DNA of 64,000 bases from an uncultured Trueperaceae bacterium (GTDB taxonomy: Bacteria; Deinococcota; Deinococci; Deinococcales; Trueperaceae), in contig CAVSGP010000004.1 of assembly GCA_963727505.1 (NCBI GenBank), positions 448,001-512,000 on the forward strand, read 5' to 3'. A program made the translations under genes and the position numbers. The first letter of the stretch is position 1; every line of letters begins with the position of its first letter. The notes under the pieces are model-generated. The model was not told the origin of the DNA. It saw only the letters and a program-made list of their open reading frames with translations, and ran no database searches. Below are positions 29,436 to 38,044 of the stretch, in pieces.

Positions 29436-29681
29436 ATGCTGAACAAATGGAAGCTCTCTACCATCGTCCTGGCCGCGGTCCTGGCCGGCTTTCTTCTGGC
29501 TCAAGTGACGGGAATGGGCTTCGTCACCGCACAGTCCGGAAGCATCGCGAAGGTCCAGCTCGACACGAGCAATTGCGGGTATGGAATCGCGATAGACCCT
29601 CTTCCATCAGGGGCGTTCGTCGTGCAGGGGCAAACAGACCAATACGGCCGGAACATGTACGTCTACAACGTCTGCAAGTAG
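29436..29681 (+). CDS. Small exported protein (cargo)
   Basis: AAAGGGGGG RBS, signal peptide MLNKWKLSTIVLAAVLAGFLLA, two Cys. Confidence 0.65.
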   Translation: MLNKWKLSTIVLAAVLAGFLLAQVTGMGFVTAQSGSIAKVQLDTSNCGYGIAIDPLPSGAFVVQGQTDQYGRNMYVYNVCK

Positions 29682-29757
29682 GCCTCGCGCAACGGTCGCT
29701 CTAGAGTGTCGATTAGACTTGTCAGGGCTGTCACGTAGGGGGGGGCGGGCGGGAACC

Positions 29758-30039
29758 ATGACCTTCATTGTCTTTTGGATCATCGCTGGCATCGTTGTGG
29801 CGCTCATCGCCAACTCGAAGGGCCGCAGCGGCTGCGGATGGTTCATCTACGGCTTCCTGCTTTGGCCAATAGCTCTCGTACATATCCTCGTGTCGCCTCC
29901 GAACCAGAAGACGGTCGAGACGCGCGCCCTTCGGAGCGGAACGCAGAAGAAGTGCCCTCACTGCGCTGAACTCATCAAGGCGGACGCCAAGGTCTGCCGC
30001 TATTGCGGCCGAGACGTCGGAACAGTTCCCACGGAGTAG
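29758..30039 (+). CDS. Membrane protein with C-terminal zinc ribbon (cargo)
   Basis: IANSKGRSGCGWFIYGFLLWPIAL TM hairpin; KKCPHCAELIKADAKVCRYCG. Confidence 0.85.
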   Translation: MTFIVFWIIAGIVVALIANSKGRSGCGWFIYGFLLWPIALVHILVSPPNQKTVETRALRSGTQKKCPHCAELIKADAKVCRYCGRDVGTVPTE

Positions 30040-30126
30040 GTGCCCCGCACAAATGGTCCTCTTCACCACATCGCGTACTGGCGTGTGCACTTGAGGTATT
30101 CGAGAATGATGAGATTGGGGGCAAAT

Positions 30127-30804
30127 ATGCGTGTCGGCTTGAGCCTTCTCGTTTGCATGTTCGCAGCATCCGCGCTCGCTCAATCGAATTGGACGTCCTA
30201 TCGCACTCTCTCAAGCGATTACCTCCTTTACATACACAACGACTCAACCGGCGCGGGAACGTTCCGTGATGTCGTCTATCTCTCCACCAAAGCCACCATC
30301 GGCGACCAGTTAGTGCATAGAGGGTCTGAAGGATTCTCGACCCCCCAGGTGCACGTGTTCCACTGCGAGGACTGGACATTCGAGGGCGTCCTGAACGGCT
30401 CTTTGATCATCTCCCGATCCGCTTTCACAATCACGCGTTTGACCACAGTGGCAAGCGACAAGGTCGTGCTTGACCCATTCCTTAAGGCGGCGGTCGGTAC
30501 GGAGGATTGGGGCAGGTCGCTTGTATCCCTTTGTTCGCGCTCCTATGTATCCGACAACCAGGTCTCAACCGACAGCCTGTACGTCCCTTTGCCCACGACG
30601 CCTGGGACACAGATAAGACTGAATCCCTCGGGCTGGTCTTCGGGCTTCTTGACTTTCATTTTCGATGCGAAGCTTAACGAGCTGGACCGCTTCCCTGCAC
30701 TGAATCGGAAGCAAGACCTTGGTTCAGGCTCACATCTGTCTCCCCTTGCAAACTGTTTTGGGAGCCCGCTCTGCGGGGAGACGGCGCGCGCCTCTCATCT
30801 GTAG
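30127..30804 (+). CDS. Exported hypothetical protein (cargo)
   Basis: Signal peptide MRVGLSLLVCMFAASALA-Q; no recognised domain. Confidence 0.55.
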   Translation: MRVGLSLLVCMFAASALAQSNWTSYRTLSSDYLLYIHNDSTGAGTFRDVVYLSTKATIGDQLVHRGSEGFSTPQVHVFHCEDWTFEGVLNGSLIISRSAFTITRLTTVASDKVVLDPFLKAAVGTEDWGRSLVSLCSRSYVSDNQVSTDSLYVPLPTTPGTQIRLNPSGWSSGFLTFIFDAKLNELDRFPALNRKQDLGSGSHLSPLANCFGSPLCGETARASHL

Positions 30805-30967
30805 CTGATCGCTCGGGCCGTGGCGTTTCGCGGTTTGGTTCGCGCGCAATTAGCTCATGCCACGGATCTTCTTCCTTTGGCCTTGGCAACCGCCTCGCAA
30901 CCCTCCGGGACGCATACTTGACTTCCTCCGCGCGTAATGGCCCGCGCTGTCTCCTCGCAGAGCGGGC
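30764..30967. repeat. 29-bp imperfect inverted repeat pair enclosing 146 bp
   Basis: GCCCGCTCTGCGGGGAGACGGCGCGCGCC (30764-30792) versus reverse complement of 30939-30967; 3 mismatches. Confidence 0.85.
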
Positions 30968-31214
30968 AAACTACACATGGCAGCCGATCACCTCGACCTC
31001 TACCGGGTCCGGCGTCGGGTGCCGGTTTATCCCATGCGCTGCTCCTCATCACCGCGCGACCCGCGGCCCACATGTGTCGCTGCGCAACCCCTCGCTCGGT
31101 GCTACGCTCGGACTTGACGCCAACAGGCCCATTGGCCTCAACTGTCATGCCAAATGTCACGGTGATGGTCGTGCATTGCAGTAAGGGACTGGGCCGCAAA
31201 GGGGGAATCCACAC

Positions 31215-31862
31215 ATGAAGAGACTTTGGGTATTGGCTGGATTGGTGCTGGGCCTGGCGCTGCTCGCCGGTTGTAGCACCGTGAACGATGCCGGGAACGG
31301 TGCTGGCCTCCGACTGCAATCGGTCGAGACCACTCCCGGCTACCTGGGTAACCCGGTCGGCGGAACCCAGGTGACTTCCGGCTTGAATGCCGCCGACGTG
31401 ATGCCGAGCACGAACCAGAAGAACTTCGACAGCACTGACTATGCGTATGTGGAGCTCGTCAGCGCTGACATCGGGCAGGTGACACTCAAGTTCGTCAGCC
31501 GGCACAGCTACGCTTCCTGCTTCGAGTACCGCATCGACGACGAAGCCCCCACCTCCACATCAAACGGCGGCGCCAACTACAACCCCGACGTCGCAGACGG
31601 GATGTGGAATTTCACCTGCCTCACCGGCGGTAGCATCGCTACCCCGGCGGAAACGACCAAAACGGTCGCCGCCAGTGACCACGTCGATATTCGCATGGTG
31701 TTCGGAGCCGAGACCAACGAACGATTCGACTGGACGCGCTTCTACCCGTTGACACTGGACAGCATGGACCAGTGCAAGAACGGAGCGTGGGAAGGCTACG
31801 GATTCAAGAACCAGGGACAGTGCATCGCTAGCATCGTTGCCAACCCCAACTCCGGCCACTAA
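31215..31862 (+). CDS. Lipoprotein (cargo)
   Basis: AAAGGGGG RBS, lipobox LLAG-C, C-terminal DQCKNGAWEGYGFKNQGQC. Confidence 0.8.
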   Translation: MKRLWVLAGLVLGLALLAGCSTVNDAGNGAGLRLQSVETTPGYLGNPVGGTQVTSGLNAADVMPSTNQKNFDSTDYAYVELVSADIGQVTLKFVSRHSYASCFEYRIDDEAPTSTSNGGANYNPDVADGMWNFTCLTGGSIATPAETTKTVAASDHVDIRMVFGAETNERFDWTRFYPLTLDSMDQCKNGAWEGYGFKNQGQCIASIVANPNSGH

Positions 31863-32263
31863 CGCCGGATTGCACAGGCACTTCTCGAACACACCGTGAC
31901 GAGGACTGAGCGGACGGCCAGGAGCAGGATGCCTGGCCGTCCGATACTGGCCAACTCGATGCCGGCGCTTCGGCCACCTAAGTGATTCAGGGGAACGTGT
32001 CCAGCGCGCGGCCCCAGTCTTGCCACCTCAGCGTTTGCATGGGCGAACGGCGAGCGAACGAGGCCCAATTGCCACCAACTCGATGGAGACCTGGTGCGGC
32101 GAAGAGCGATTGGCGCACCAGACGCCGAGCGCATCGGCGTGGCACGGGAGCCACCGTTCGTCGCTTCCGGACCGGCACCACCCTGCCGCCAGCGTCCGTC
32201 TCTGGAACGCGAGTCTTCCGTCTGCCATGCGCCACCCGACAGCGGGAGCCGCAGCGGGCGCCT

Positions 32264-32926
32264 TCAATGCGGCCCATACCCAATCGCGCGGCGCACCGTC
32301 TCCGGGTCCGCGATCGGGTGCCGCTCCGGCCAATACAACGCGAGCGCCGTAGCCAGCACCAGGTCGTCGTGCGGGTTCTCCCGCCAGTCATTCCCGTACG
32401 TGTCATGACCGCGAGCGTTGAGCTTCACCCGGAACGCCAGCATCTCGTCCCTGAGCACCTGAGCCAGCGACAAGTCGCTCTGTACGCGCAACACGCCCTT
32501 CTGAAGCGCCACCTGCAGGCGTGACACCAGATCGCGCTTCGGGACGCGATGGTAGCCGTCCGTGGAGGTGGCCGCGTCCCCGCCCGTGATGGTCACAGCC
32601 TTCGGCTTGAGGCCCGCCTGCCGCAACAGGTCGACCACGGGCCGGCCGACACCCGTCGCATCCACAATGAGCGTCACATCGCCGTCCCAATAGGTGCGCC
32701 CGTCAAGGTGCATCGGCGCTCCCATCAGCCGCTTGATGATCTCCCCCACCCGCTCCACCTGATTGGGGTAGGACGTTCCGAGCGGCAGGCGCTCGAGATG
32801 CCCGAGGCGGTACAGTCGCGGCTTGCTCACGTCAGGATGCTCGACCTTCTCCACGACGCTGATGGCCGTGTAGTCGTTGGCCTGGCCGAGGTCAACGCCC
32901 ATGAAGAACTTGCGGGAACGCTTCAT
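32264..32926 (-). CDS. Terminase large-subunit nuclease (RNase H-like) domain as a stand-alone gene
   Basis: MGVDLG..NDYTAI, IVDATGVGRPVVD, HDDLVLATAL; own GGAGG RBS and ATGA overlap with the ATPase gene. Confidence 0.85.
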   Translation of the reverse strand: MKRSRKFFMGVDLGQANDYTAISVVEKVEHPDVSKPRLYRLGHLERLPLGTSYPNQVERVGEIIKRLMGAPMHLDGRTYWDGDVTLIVDATGVGRPVVDLLRQAGLKPKAVTITGGDAATSTDGYHRVPKRDLVSRLQVALQKGVLRVQSDLSLAQVLRDEMLAFRVKLNARGHDTYGNDWRENPHDDLVLATALALYWPERHPIADPETVRRAIGYGPH

Positions 32927-33681
32927 GCCGAGGCCTCCAGGAACGGCTCGAAACCGTCGTCCATCGCGGCTTGCACGAGCTCGTAGTTGAAGACTTGATC
33001 ATCGGCGTCGCTGAAGACGCACATGTACTCCTGCTGATACCGCCAGAGCGGCATGCTGGCCTTCTCCTGCTCGAGGAACGACGCGCTGATGCGGGGAATG
33101 TCGGTTGCCGGCACCTCGGTGCGCGTCCAGCCGGTCGCCTCGCTCCACAGCTCCCAGAAGTGCCGAAGCTTGCCCCACGGCGTGCTCATCAGGACCATGC
33201 GGCCGTTGGAGACGGCGAGCATGGGCCGCATCGCGGCGTGAATATCGTCTTCCACCCAGGCGGCCTCATCCTCCACGATGAGCGTCGGAGCGGAGAAGCC
33301 GCGAATGGTGGCGTCCGAGCCCGGGAGGGCGGCCACGCGTCCGCCGTTCCTCACCGTCCAGGAGAGCTTGTTGTCCTCCGAGAGGTCGGGCTTGCGGGGG
33401 AGCAGCTCGGCGAACTCCTTGACCTTCCGGAACAGCTCGCTGCTCTGCCGCTGCGACGGGCTCACGATGAGCGTCAGACTCTTCGGGACGTAAAGACTGG
33501 TATGTAGACCTAGCACCGCGGCGAGGGTACTCTTGCCGCCCTGCCGCGTGACATTGATGAGGTCGCGCTTGCTGTCGCTCGTGAGCACCTTCCGCTGCCA
33601 CGGGTCGAGCTTGAGCCCGAGCACTTCCTCAGCGAACGCCGCGCGATCCAGCGCGTACCTGAAGTCACTCGCTAGGCTCAT
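32923..33681 (-). CDS. Terminase large-subunit ATPase domain as a stand-alone gene
   Basis: LDPWQ adenine-binding motif, TRQGGKS Walker A, LIVEDEAA Walker B, LMSTP motif III, YQQEYMCVF. Confidence 0.9.
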   Translation of the reverse strand: MSLASDFRYALDRAAFAEEVLGLKLDPWQRKVLTSDSKRDLINVTRQGGKSTLAAVLGLHTSLYVPKSLTLIVSPSQRQSSELFRKVKEFAELLPRKPDLSEDNKLSWTVRNGGRVAALPGSDATIRGFSAPTLIVEDEAAWVEDDIHAAMRPMLAVSNGRMVLMSTPWGKLRHFWELWSEATGWTRTEVPATDIPRISASFLEQEKASMPLWRYQQEYMCVFSDADDQVFNYELVQAAMDDGFEPFLEASA

Positions 33682-34147
33682 GGTTCTCCAGCGCGTGCAT
33701 GACCGCCACGCGCGCCTCCGGGAACGGCTGAAGGGCGCCCATCAGGTCCGCCCGGAGCGCGATCCACTGGTTGCTCACCGTGATGTTGACGGTCGTGCCG
33801 GTCTGCAGCTCACCAAGCATCTTCGCGAGCAACTCGAGATTGCTCCTAGCCTCCTTGATGGCCAGCAGCGCGGTCTTATGGTCGCCGGCGCTCTTGCTCT
33901 TCGCGAGGATGCCCTCCGCCTCGCTCTGCAGGCCCCGCACCTTCGCCAACAGGTCATCGGCGTTCGTGTTCGCCGCGGTCGGCGCGCCCGCCATCTCCGC
34001 CACCATGCGGTCCTTGTGCCTGTGCACGGCGCTCTTGCTGAGCCTGAATGCCTCCGCCACCTGCCGGACGGGCATGCCCCTGGCGAGCGCCTCCTCGACC
34101 TCCCTGCGCTTCGGATGCGTCGTGATGGTCGTTTGGCTCGCGCTCAC
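33665..34147 (-). CDS. Terminase small-subunit-like HTH protein
   Basis: HPKRREVEEALARGMPVRQVAEAFRLSKSAVHRHK HTH plus helical body; overlaps the terminase ATPase start. Confidence 0.7.
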   Translation of the reverse strand: MSASQTTITTHPKRREVEEALARGMPVRQVAEAFRLSKSAVHRHKDRMVAEMAGAPTAANTNADDLLAKVRGLQSEAEGILAKSKSAGDHKTALLAIKEARSNLELLAKMLGELQTGTTVNITVSNQWIALRADLMGALQPFPEARVAVMHALENHEPSE

Positions 34148-34276
34148 GCCTGCCACTCCACACGCAGCTCCTCGAGCGCGACGGGGCTCACGTCACGCCC
34201 GCCATTAACGCCCGAAACGCGGCGTACAAATGACCATCCAACAGCCACCCCGCCGCACGAAGCTTCCGACGCAGCC

Positions 34277-34915
34277 TCACGCCAACTCCTCCTCCGGATC
34301 CACGTCCGGGGAAAACAGTCCGGCCGTGTTCCGAATCGCCGCCAAAGCCCTGAAGCGCCCACCGAAATCATGCGAGAGCCACACCGGCACATTGGAGTTC
34401 CCCCGCTGCAACGGCTCAACGTCCGCCCCGACAACCCCGCGCGCCAGCTGCTCATTCGCGTCGCCGCCATGCTTACCCGCCAACCGCACAGCCGCCGACG
34501 TGGCACGGTGAAACTCCCGATTAGCCCGCTCACTCAAGTGCTTCGACAACGTCACCGCGCGCCGCACCGACGCGTCAGCCGCCTCCATCACCGCGTACCA
34601 CTGCGCCTCAGCCTCCCGATAAGCAACCGACCCCGCAGCGACCTCCGCCAGCTCCCGCTCGTCCTCCGCGACTGACTCCAGCCCGGCGAGCTCCGCCTCG
34701 ACCTCCGCGATCTCCTCGCGATGCTGCGCCAGCATGGACTCGACCGCATCCCGACGGGCCCGCAGGTCCGCGACCTCGTCGATGTCCACGCCACCGGACT
34801 TCGCCTCCCGATACTCGCGGTCGCGCTTCGCAAGCAACGCTTCCAACCGCGGCTCATCCGAACGCAGCGCGTCCAGCGTCTCGCTCGTGCTCTTGAGTTC
34901 CGTCTTCGTGCTCAC
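34277..34915 (-). CDS. Coiled-coil hypothetical protein (element)
   Basis: GGAGG RBS, GTG at 34915; long Glu/Ala/Leu/Arg heptad-rich helix. Confidence 0.7.
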   Translation of the reverse strand: MSTKTELKSTSETLDALRSDEPRLEALLAKRDREYREAKSGGVDIDEVADLRARRDAVESMLAQHREEIAEVEAELAGLESVAEDERELAEVAAGSVAYREAEAQWYAVMEAADASVRRAVTLSKHLSERANREFHRATSAAVRLAGKHGGDANEQLARGVVGADVEPLQRGNSNVPVWLSHDFGGRFRALAAIRNTAGLFSPDVDPEEELA

Positions 34916-35076
34916 GGCTCCACCTCCAGAAAGTTGTTGCTCTCCAGGTACGCGTTGACTTTCTCCGAGGTCTTCCCTCGAAGCGCCTGCAGCTCTTCCG
35001 CCGTCGCCCTCCTCGACTTCCACTGGTAGCCCTTGGCCTTCGGCTCGCTCCGCTCGTCCTTCTGCTGGTCGCTCAT
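34912..35076 (-). CDS. 54-aa hypothetical protein (not in ORF track)
   Basis: GGGAGG RBS; MSDQQKDERSEPKAKGYQWKSRRATAEELQALRGKTSEKVNAYLESNNFLEVEP; stop overlaps next GTG. Confidence 0.65.
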   Translation of the reverse strand: MSDQQKDERSEPKAKGYQWKSRRATAEELQALRGKTSEKVNAYLESNNFLEVEP

Positions 35077-35086
35077 GCTTCCTCCC

Positions 35087-35119
35087 AAAGAAAATGGCCC
35101 GATCTCTGCGACCGGGCCA
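35087..35119 (-). terminator. Terminator-like hairpin upstream of the packaging operon
   Basis: Minus strand TGGCCCGGTC-GCAGA-GATCGGGCCA followed by TTTTCTTT. Confidence 0.65.
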
Positions 35120-35154
35120 CCAGCGGCTTCTACAGTCCCAAGCGTACATTCGCG

Positions 35155-35583
35155 CTAACTCGCGCTAACGCCGTACTTCCGGCGCAACCGCTCGACCTCC
35201 GCCTCGGGCACCAGCCAGCCCGAACGGTTATCGCCCCGCCGGCCCTTCCGAGCGTCGATCAAGCCCTCTCGGCACTGCCACGTAAGCGTCGAGTACGGCA
35301 GGCCCGTCAACTCCTGGACCCCCTCGAGCGTGTACTCCCTCGGCGCGGCCGGCGCCCGCTGCCAGGACGGCGTGTAAGCCCGCTCACGAGGCGACACGAA
35401 GCTCGGATGGGCACTGCGTCGCGCGGGCCCCGAGGGGCGGCCGTAGAGCACCCTGACCGCCTCTGAGGGGCCATCATCCGCCGATACCATCCAGACTTCG
35501 CAGGCGTCACAGTATAGCGGCGCTCGCGTCGGGGTGGATGCCCCCTGCCCGCACTCAGGGCACACGTACCGGTTCACTTCCAA
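35155..35583 (-). CDS. Zinc-finger plus MerR/Xis-like HTH protein
   Basis: CPECG...CDAC; YTLEGVQELTGLPYSTLTWQCREGLI...WLVPEAEVERL. Confidence 0.75.
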   Translation of the reverse strand: MEVNRYVCPECGQGASTPTRAPLYCDACEVWMVSADDGPSEAVRVLYGRPSGPARRSAHPSFVSPRERAYTPSWQRAPAAPREYTLEGVQELTGLPYSTLTWQCREGLIDARKGRRGDNRSGWLVPEAEVERLRRKYGVSAS

Positions 35584-35897
35584 CCCCCAGAGCGCGCCAG
35601 GAGCTCTAAGAGGTCCGCGAGTCTCAGCACGGCGAACATCTGCGACTTCGAGCCGCGCCGTGACTCCACCAGCACGACCCCGTCCGTGCCCTCGGGTGGC
35701 GTCAGGAACTCCGCTAGCTTGGCTCTCGTCTTCACCTGCGCGCGCATGTTGCCCACGAGTACGTCGACCGTCTCGGAGTGCCCCAGCGACCGGCCATCGC
35801 TTCCGCGAGCTCTGACCGCCGGCAGGCCAGCCTCGGACGCGGCCCGAACCACCATCCGCTCGCCTCGATCGCCCTTCCTTTTCGACGGGTGAGCCAT
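35574..35897 (-). CDS. Holliday-junction-resolvase-like PD-(D/E)xK nuclease
   Basis: SKRKGDRGER, VDVLV..AQVKTR, FAVLRLADLLELL. Confidence 0.7.
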   Translation of the reverse strand: MAHPSKRKGDRGERMVVRAASEAGLPAVRARGSDGRSLGHSETVDVLVGNMRAQVKTRAKLAEFLTPPEGTDGVVLVESRRGSKSQMFAVLRLADLLELLARSGGWK

Positions 35898-36192
35898 CAA
35901 GCCCACCGGCCTTCGCGCACTATTCGCACACTGGCAGCACCAGGCGAGCATGACCGCAAGCGCCAACATGCGCGCCTGACGCCACTATTCGCCAGCTCTG
36001 CCTGAGGGGTTCGACAGACTAGTAGTCTGTCCGAGCCTTCGTCCCGCTGGACTGTCGACGTCCCACCTCTTGGCCCGAAGCGCGCCAGCCGACGGAAGCT
36101 AGTCCCACTCGGCGCCGCTGAGGACGCGATATTCGCGCCCTTTGGCTCTCCACCGTCCCACAAACAAGAGCCCACGCACTCTCGTCCAACGG

Positions 36193-37419
36193 TCATGCGC
36201 TGTGCTCCTGAATGAGACTACGCAGGCGCGCCCTATCTTCAGTGGTGGCGCGATCCTTCGAGAAGATGGCGGTGAGTTCGTCCTGGGCGTCGGTTCCTTG
36301 GAACTCGCCAGCTATCCATTTCTTGTGGAGGTTCTTGACTTCCTCTGGAGTATCCCCATTCACAGCGTTCACAGGGGGGTTTGGTGTGAATGCCTGTGAA
36401 TGAGAGGGGTCTGTGCCGTTCACAGGGGTTTGCGCTGTCTCTGTCGCATCTTCTAGCACGCTGTGAACAAGGTGAACGATAGAGTAGTTGCCTTTGTCGT
36501 CACTGGCGAGCATGCCTTCGTTGCGCATGCGGATGAGAAGGTGGCGTGTGCTGTCGCGTTTGAGTGTTGCGGCTTCGGCGATTTCCTTTGGAGTGAGGCC
36601 TTCCGGGGCTTCCTCTAGAGCCCGGAGGATGGCTCTGCGTTCTTGCGAGAGGCTCCATTCGCGCGCAGAGCCGAGGACTTGCCAGAGCCCGGTGTGATTG
36701 TCGAATTGGAGGGCGAGCTCTCGGTCCTCGACATCTCTGCCGGTGATGTGCATGGTGGCGTCGGCGTCGCCGCGGGTTCGTTTGATGACGATCATTCCGT
36801 CTAGAGGTCCGGTGATGCCGTAGCTGCCGGATATCTCCTCGAAGGGATCGGCTCCTTGTGACTTCCGTGTGTGGTGGACGAGGAGGATGCATATGTCGAA
36901 CTCTTTTGTGAGCGCTTGGAGTTCTGAGACCATCCTGCTGTCGCCGCTATATAGGTCTTCGCTCTTGATGCGTTGGCCGCGGATTCGGACGAGCGTGTCG
37001 ATCGCGATGACTTTGGTGCTGGGGTGGTCTTGGATCCATTTGCGTAGTGCCTGTATGAGCCCGCGGTCCAGGCCAGGTGCTTCGGTGAGCATGTGGAAGG
37101 TGGTTGGCCAGCCGGTTTCGTCGGCTCCGAGGAATTGCAGCCGGGTTCGGAGTCGCTGGCGTGTGTCCTCGAGCGCTAGGTACAGGACGCCTGCAGGCTC
37201 TACTGGGATCTTCCCGAAGGCGAGTCCGCCTGCGGCGACGCTGAGGAGGAGGGCGAGGACCCACCAGCTCTTGCCTGTCTTTGGTGGGGCGGCGAGAAGC
37301 CAGAGGCCGTAGGCGATGACGTCGGGCACGACCCATTGCTGGGGTGGTATCTCCATGTCGCGGAGGTCGTTGGCGGTGAACGTATGGAGGGTCGGCGGGA
37401 GGGAGCGGGGGCTTGGCAT
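36193..37419 (-). CDS. AAA_25/RepA-like replicative helicase with C-terminal wHTH
   Basis: LLAAPPKTGKSW Walker A, VLYLALED, IAIDTL, LVHHTRK, ISGSYGI, ITGRDVE. Confidence 0.88.
   Translation of the reverse strand: MPSPRSLPPTLHTFTANDLRDMEIPPQQWVVPDVIAYGLWLLAAPPKTGKSWWVLALLLSVAAGGLAFGKIPVEPAGVLYLALEDTRQRLRTRLQFLGADETGWPTTFHMLTEAPGLDRGLIQALRKWIQDHPSTKVIAIDTLVRIRGQRIKSEDLYSGDSRMVSELQALTKEFDICILLVHHTRKSQGADPFEEISGSYGITGPLDGMIVIKRTRGDADATMHITGRDVEDRELALQFDNHTGLWQVLGSAREWSLSQERRAILRALEEAPEGLTPKEIAEAATLKRDSTRHLLIRMRNEGMLASDDKGNYSIVHLVHSVLEDATETAQTPVNGTDPSHSQAFTPNPPVNAVNGDTPEEVKNLHKKWIAGEFQGTDAQDELTAIFSKDRATTEDRARLRSLIQEHSA
36359..36477. repeat. Iteron-like TTCACAG/CTGTGAA repeats within the helicase gene
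   Basis: Seven exact or near copies at 36359, 36368, 36384, 36394, 36419, 36461, 36470 in both orientations. Confidence 0.65.
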
Positions 37420-37772
37420 CAGATGTCCTCGCGGTCGGCCCAGCGGAGCATTCGTATTCGTGCCTCGAGGCCTCCGGAGAGCGCGTCCTCGATCAGCTCC
37501 CGCGCCCTGGTCTTGGCGAAGTGGCTGAGCTGAAGCCTGCCGGACTCCAAGGTCTTCTGCAGCCGCTCAATCTTTGCCCGGTCGTCGTCGTTGAGGGCGT
37601 GCGCCTTGGCGTAGGCGATGCCGAACAATGCCCAGCCCAGCCCAATCTGTTCGTGCTCGTTGAAGCTGTCACGGTTGGCGGCGTCGCGGAGGTACTCCAG
37701 ATCGACTTGTCGTGCTAGAGTCTTCCCGTACCCGTCGGTGCCGCGCCCCGCCTGCCAGCGGGGCTCTTTCAT
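37419..37772 (-). CDS. Hypothetical protein (element)
   Basis: 117-aa ORF with start/stop overlaps to both neighbours. Confidence 0.65.
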   Translation of the reverse strand: MKEPRWQAGRGTDGYGKTLARQVDLEYLRDAANRDSFNEHEQIGLGWALFGIAYAKAHALNDDDRAKIERLQKTLESGRLQLSHFAKTRARELIEDALSGGLEARIRMLRWADREDI

Positions 37773-38044
37773 GCCGGACCCTCTGCTGGCTCTTCCCTCC
37801 AGCCTCCAGGCAGTGCTTGGCCGCCGGATTCAATGAAGGCTCTCACGTCCTCTGGGCGGAATCTGACGTTGCGGCCGATCTTGACGCAGGGCAACAGGCG
37901 ACGGCGTGCATAGTCGTAGACGCTGCTGGGCGGGAGGTCGAGGATTTCGGCGACGTCTCTGCCGGAAAGCAAGTGCATGATGCCTGCGGTGCGGTGCCGT
38001 TCCTGTTGCGCATGCGTGTCGCGTCCCTCAGATACATTGGTCAT
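37769..38044 (-). CDS. Excisionase-like HTH_17 DNA-binding protein
   Basis: LLSGRDVAEILDLPPSSVYDYARRRLLPCVKIGRNVRFRPEDVRAFI; AAGGAGG RBS. Confidence 0.88.
   Translation of the reverse strand: MTNVSEGRDTHAQQERHRTAGIMHLLSGRDVAEILDLPPSSVYDYARRRLLPCVKIGRNVRFRPEDVRAFIESGGQALPGGWREEPAEGPA

Noticed and set aside
32264..33681. Terminase as a frameshifted pseudogene
   Set aside because: Break is at the domain boundary with an ATGA overlap and its own RBS, and catalytic motifs are intact in both parts.
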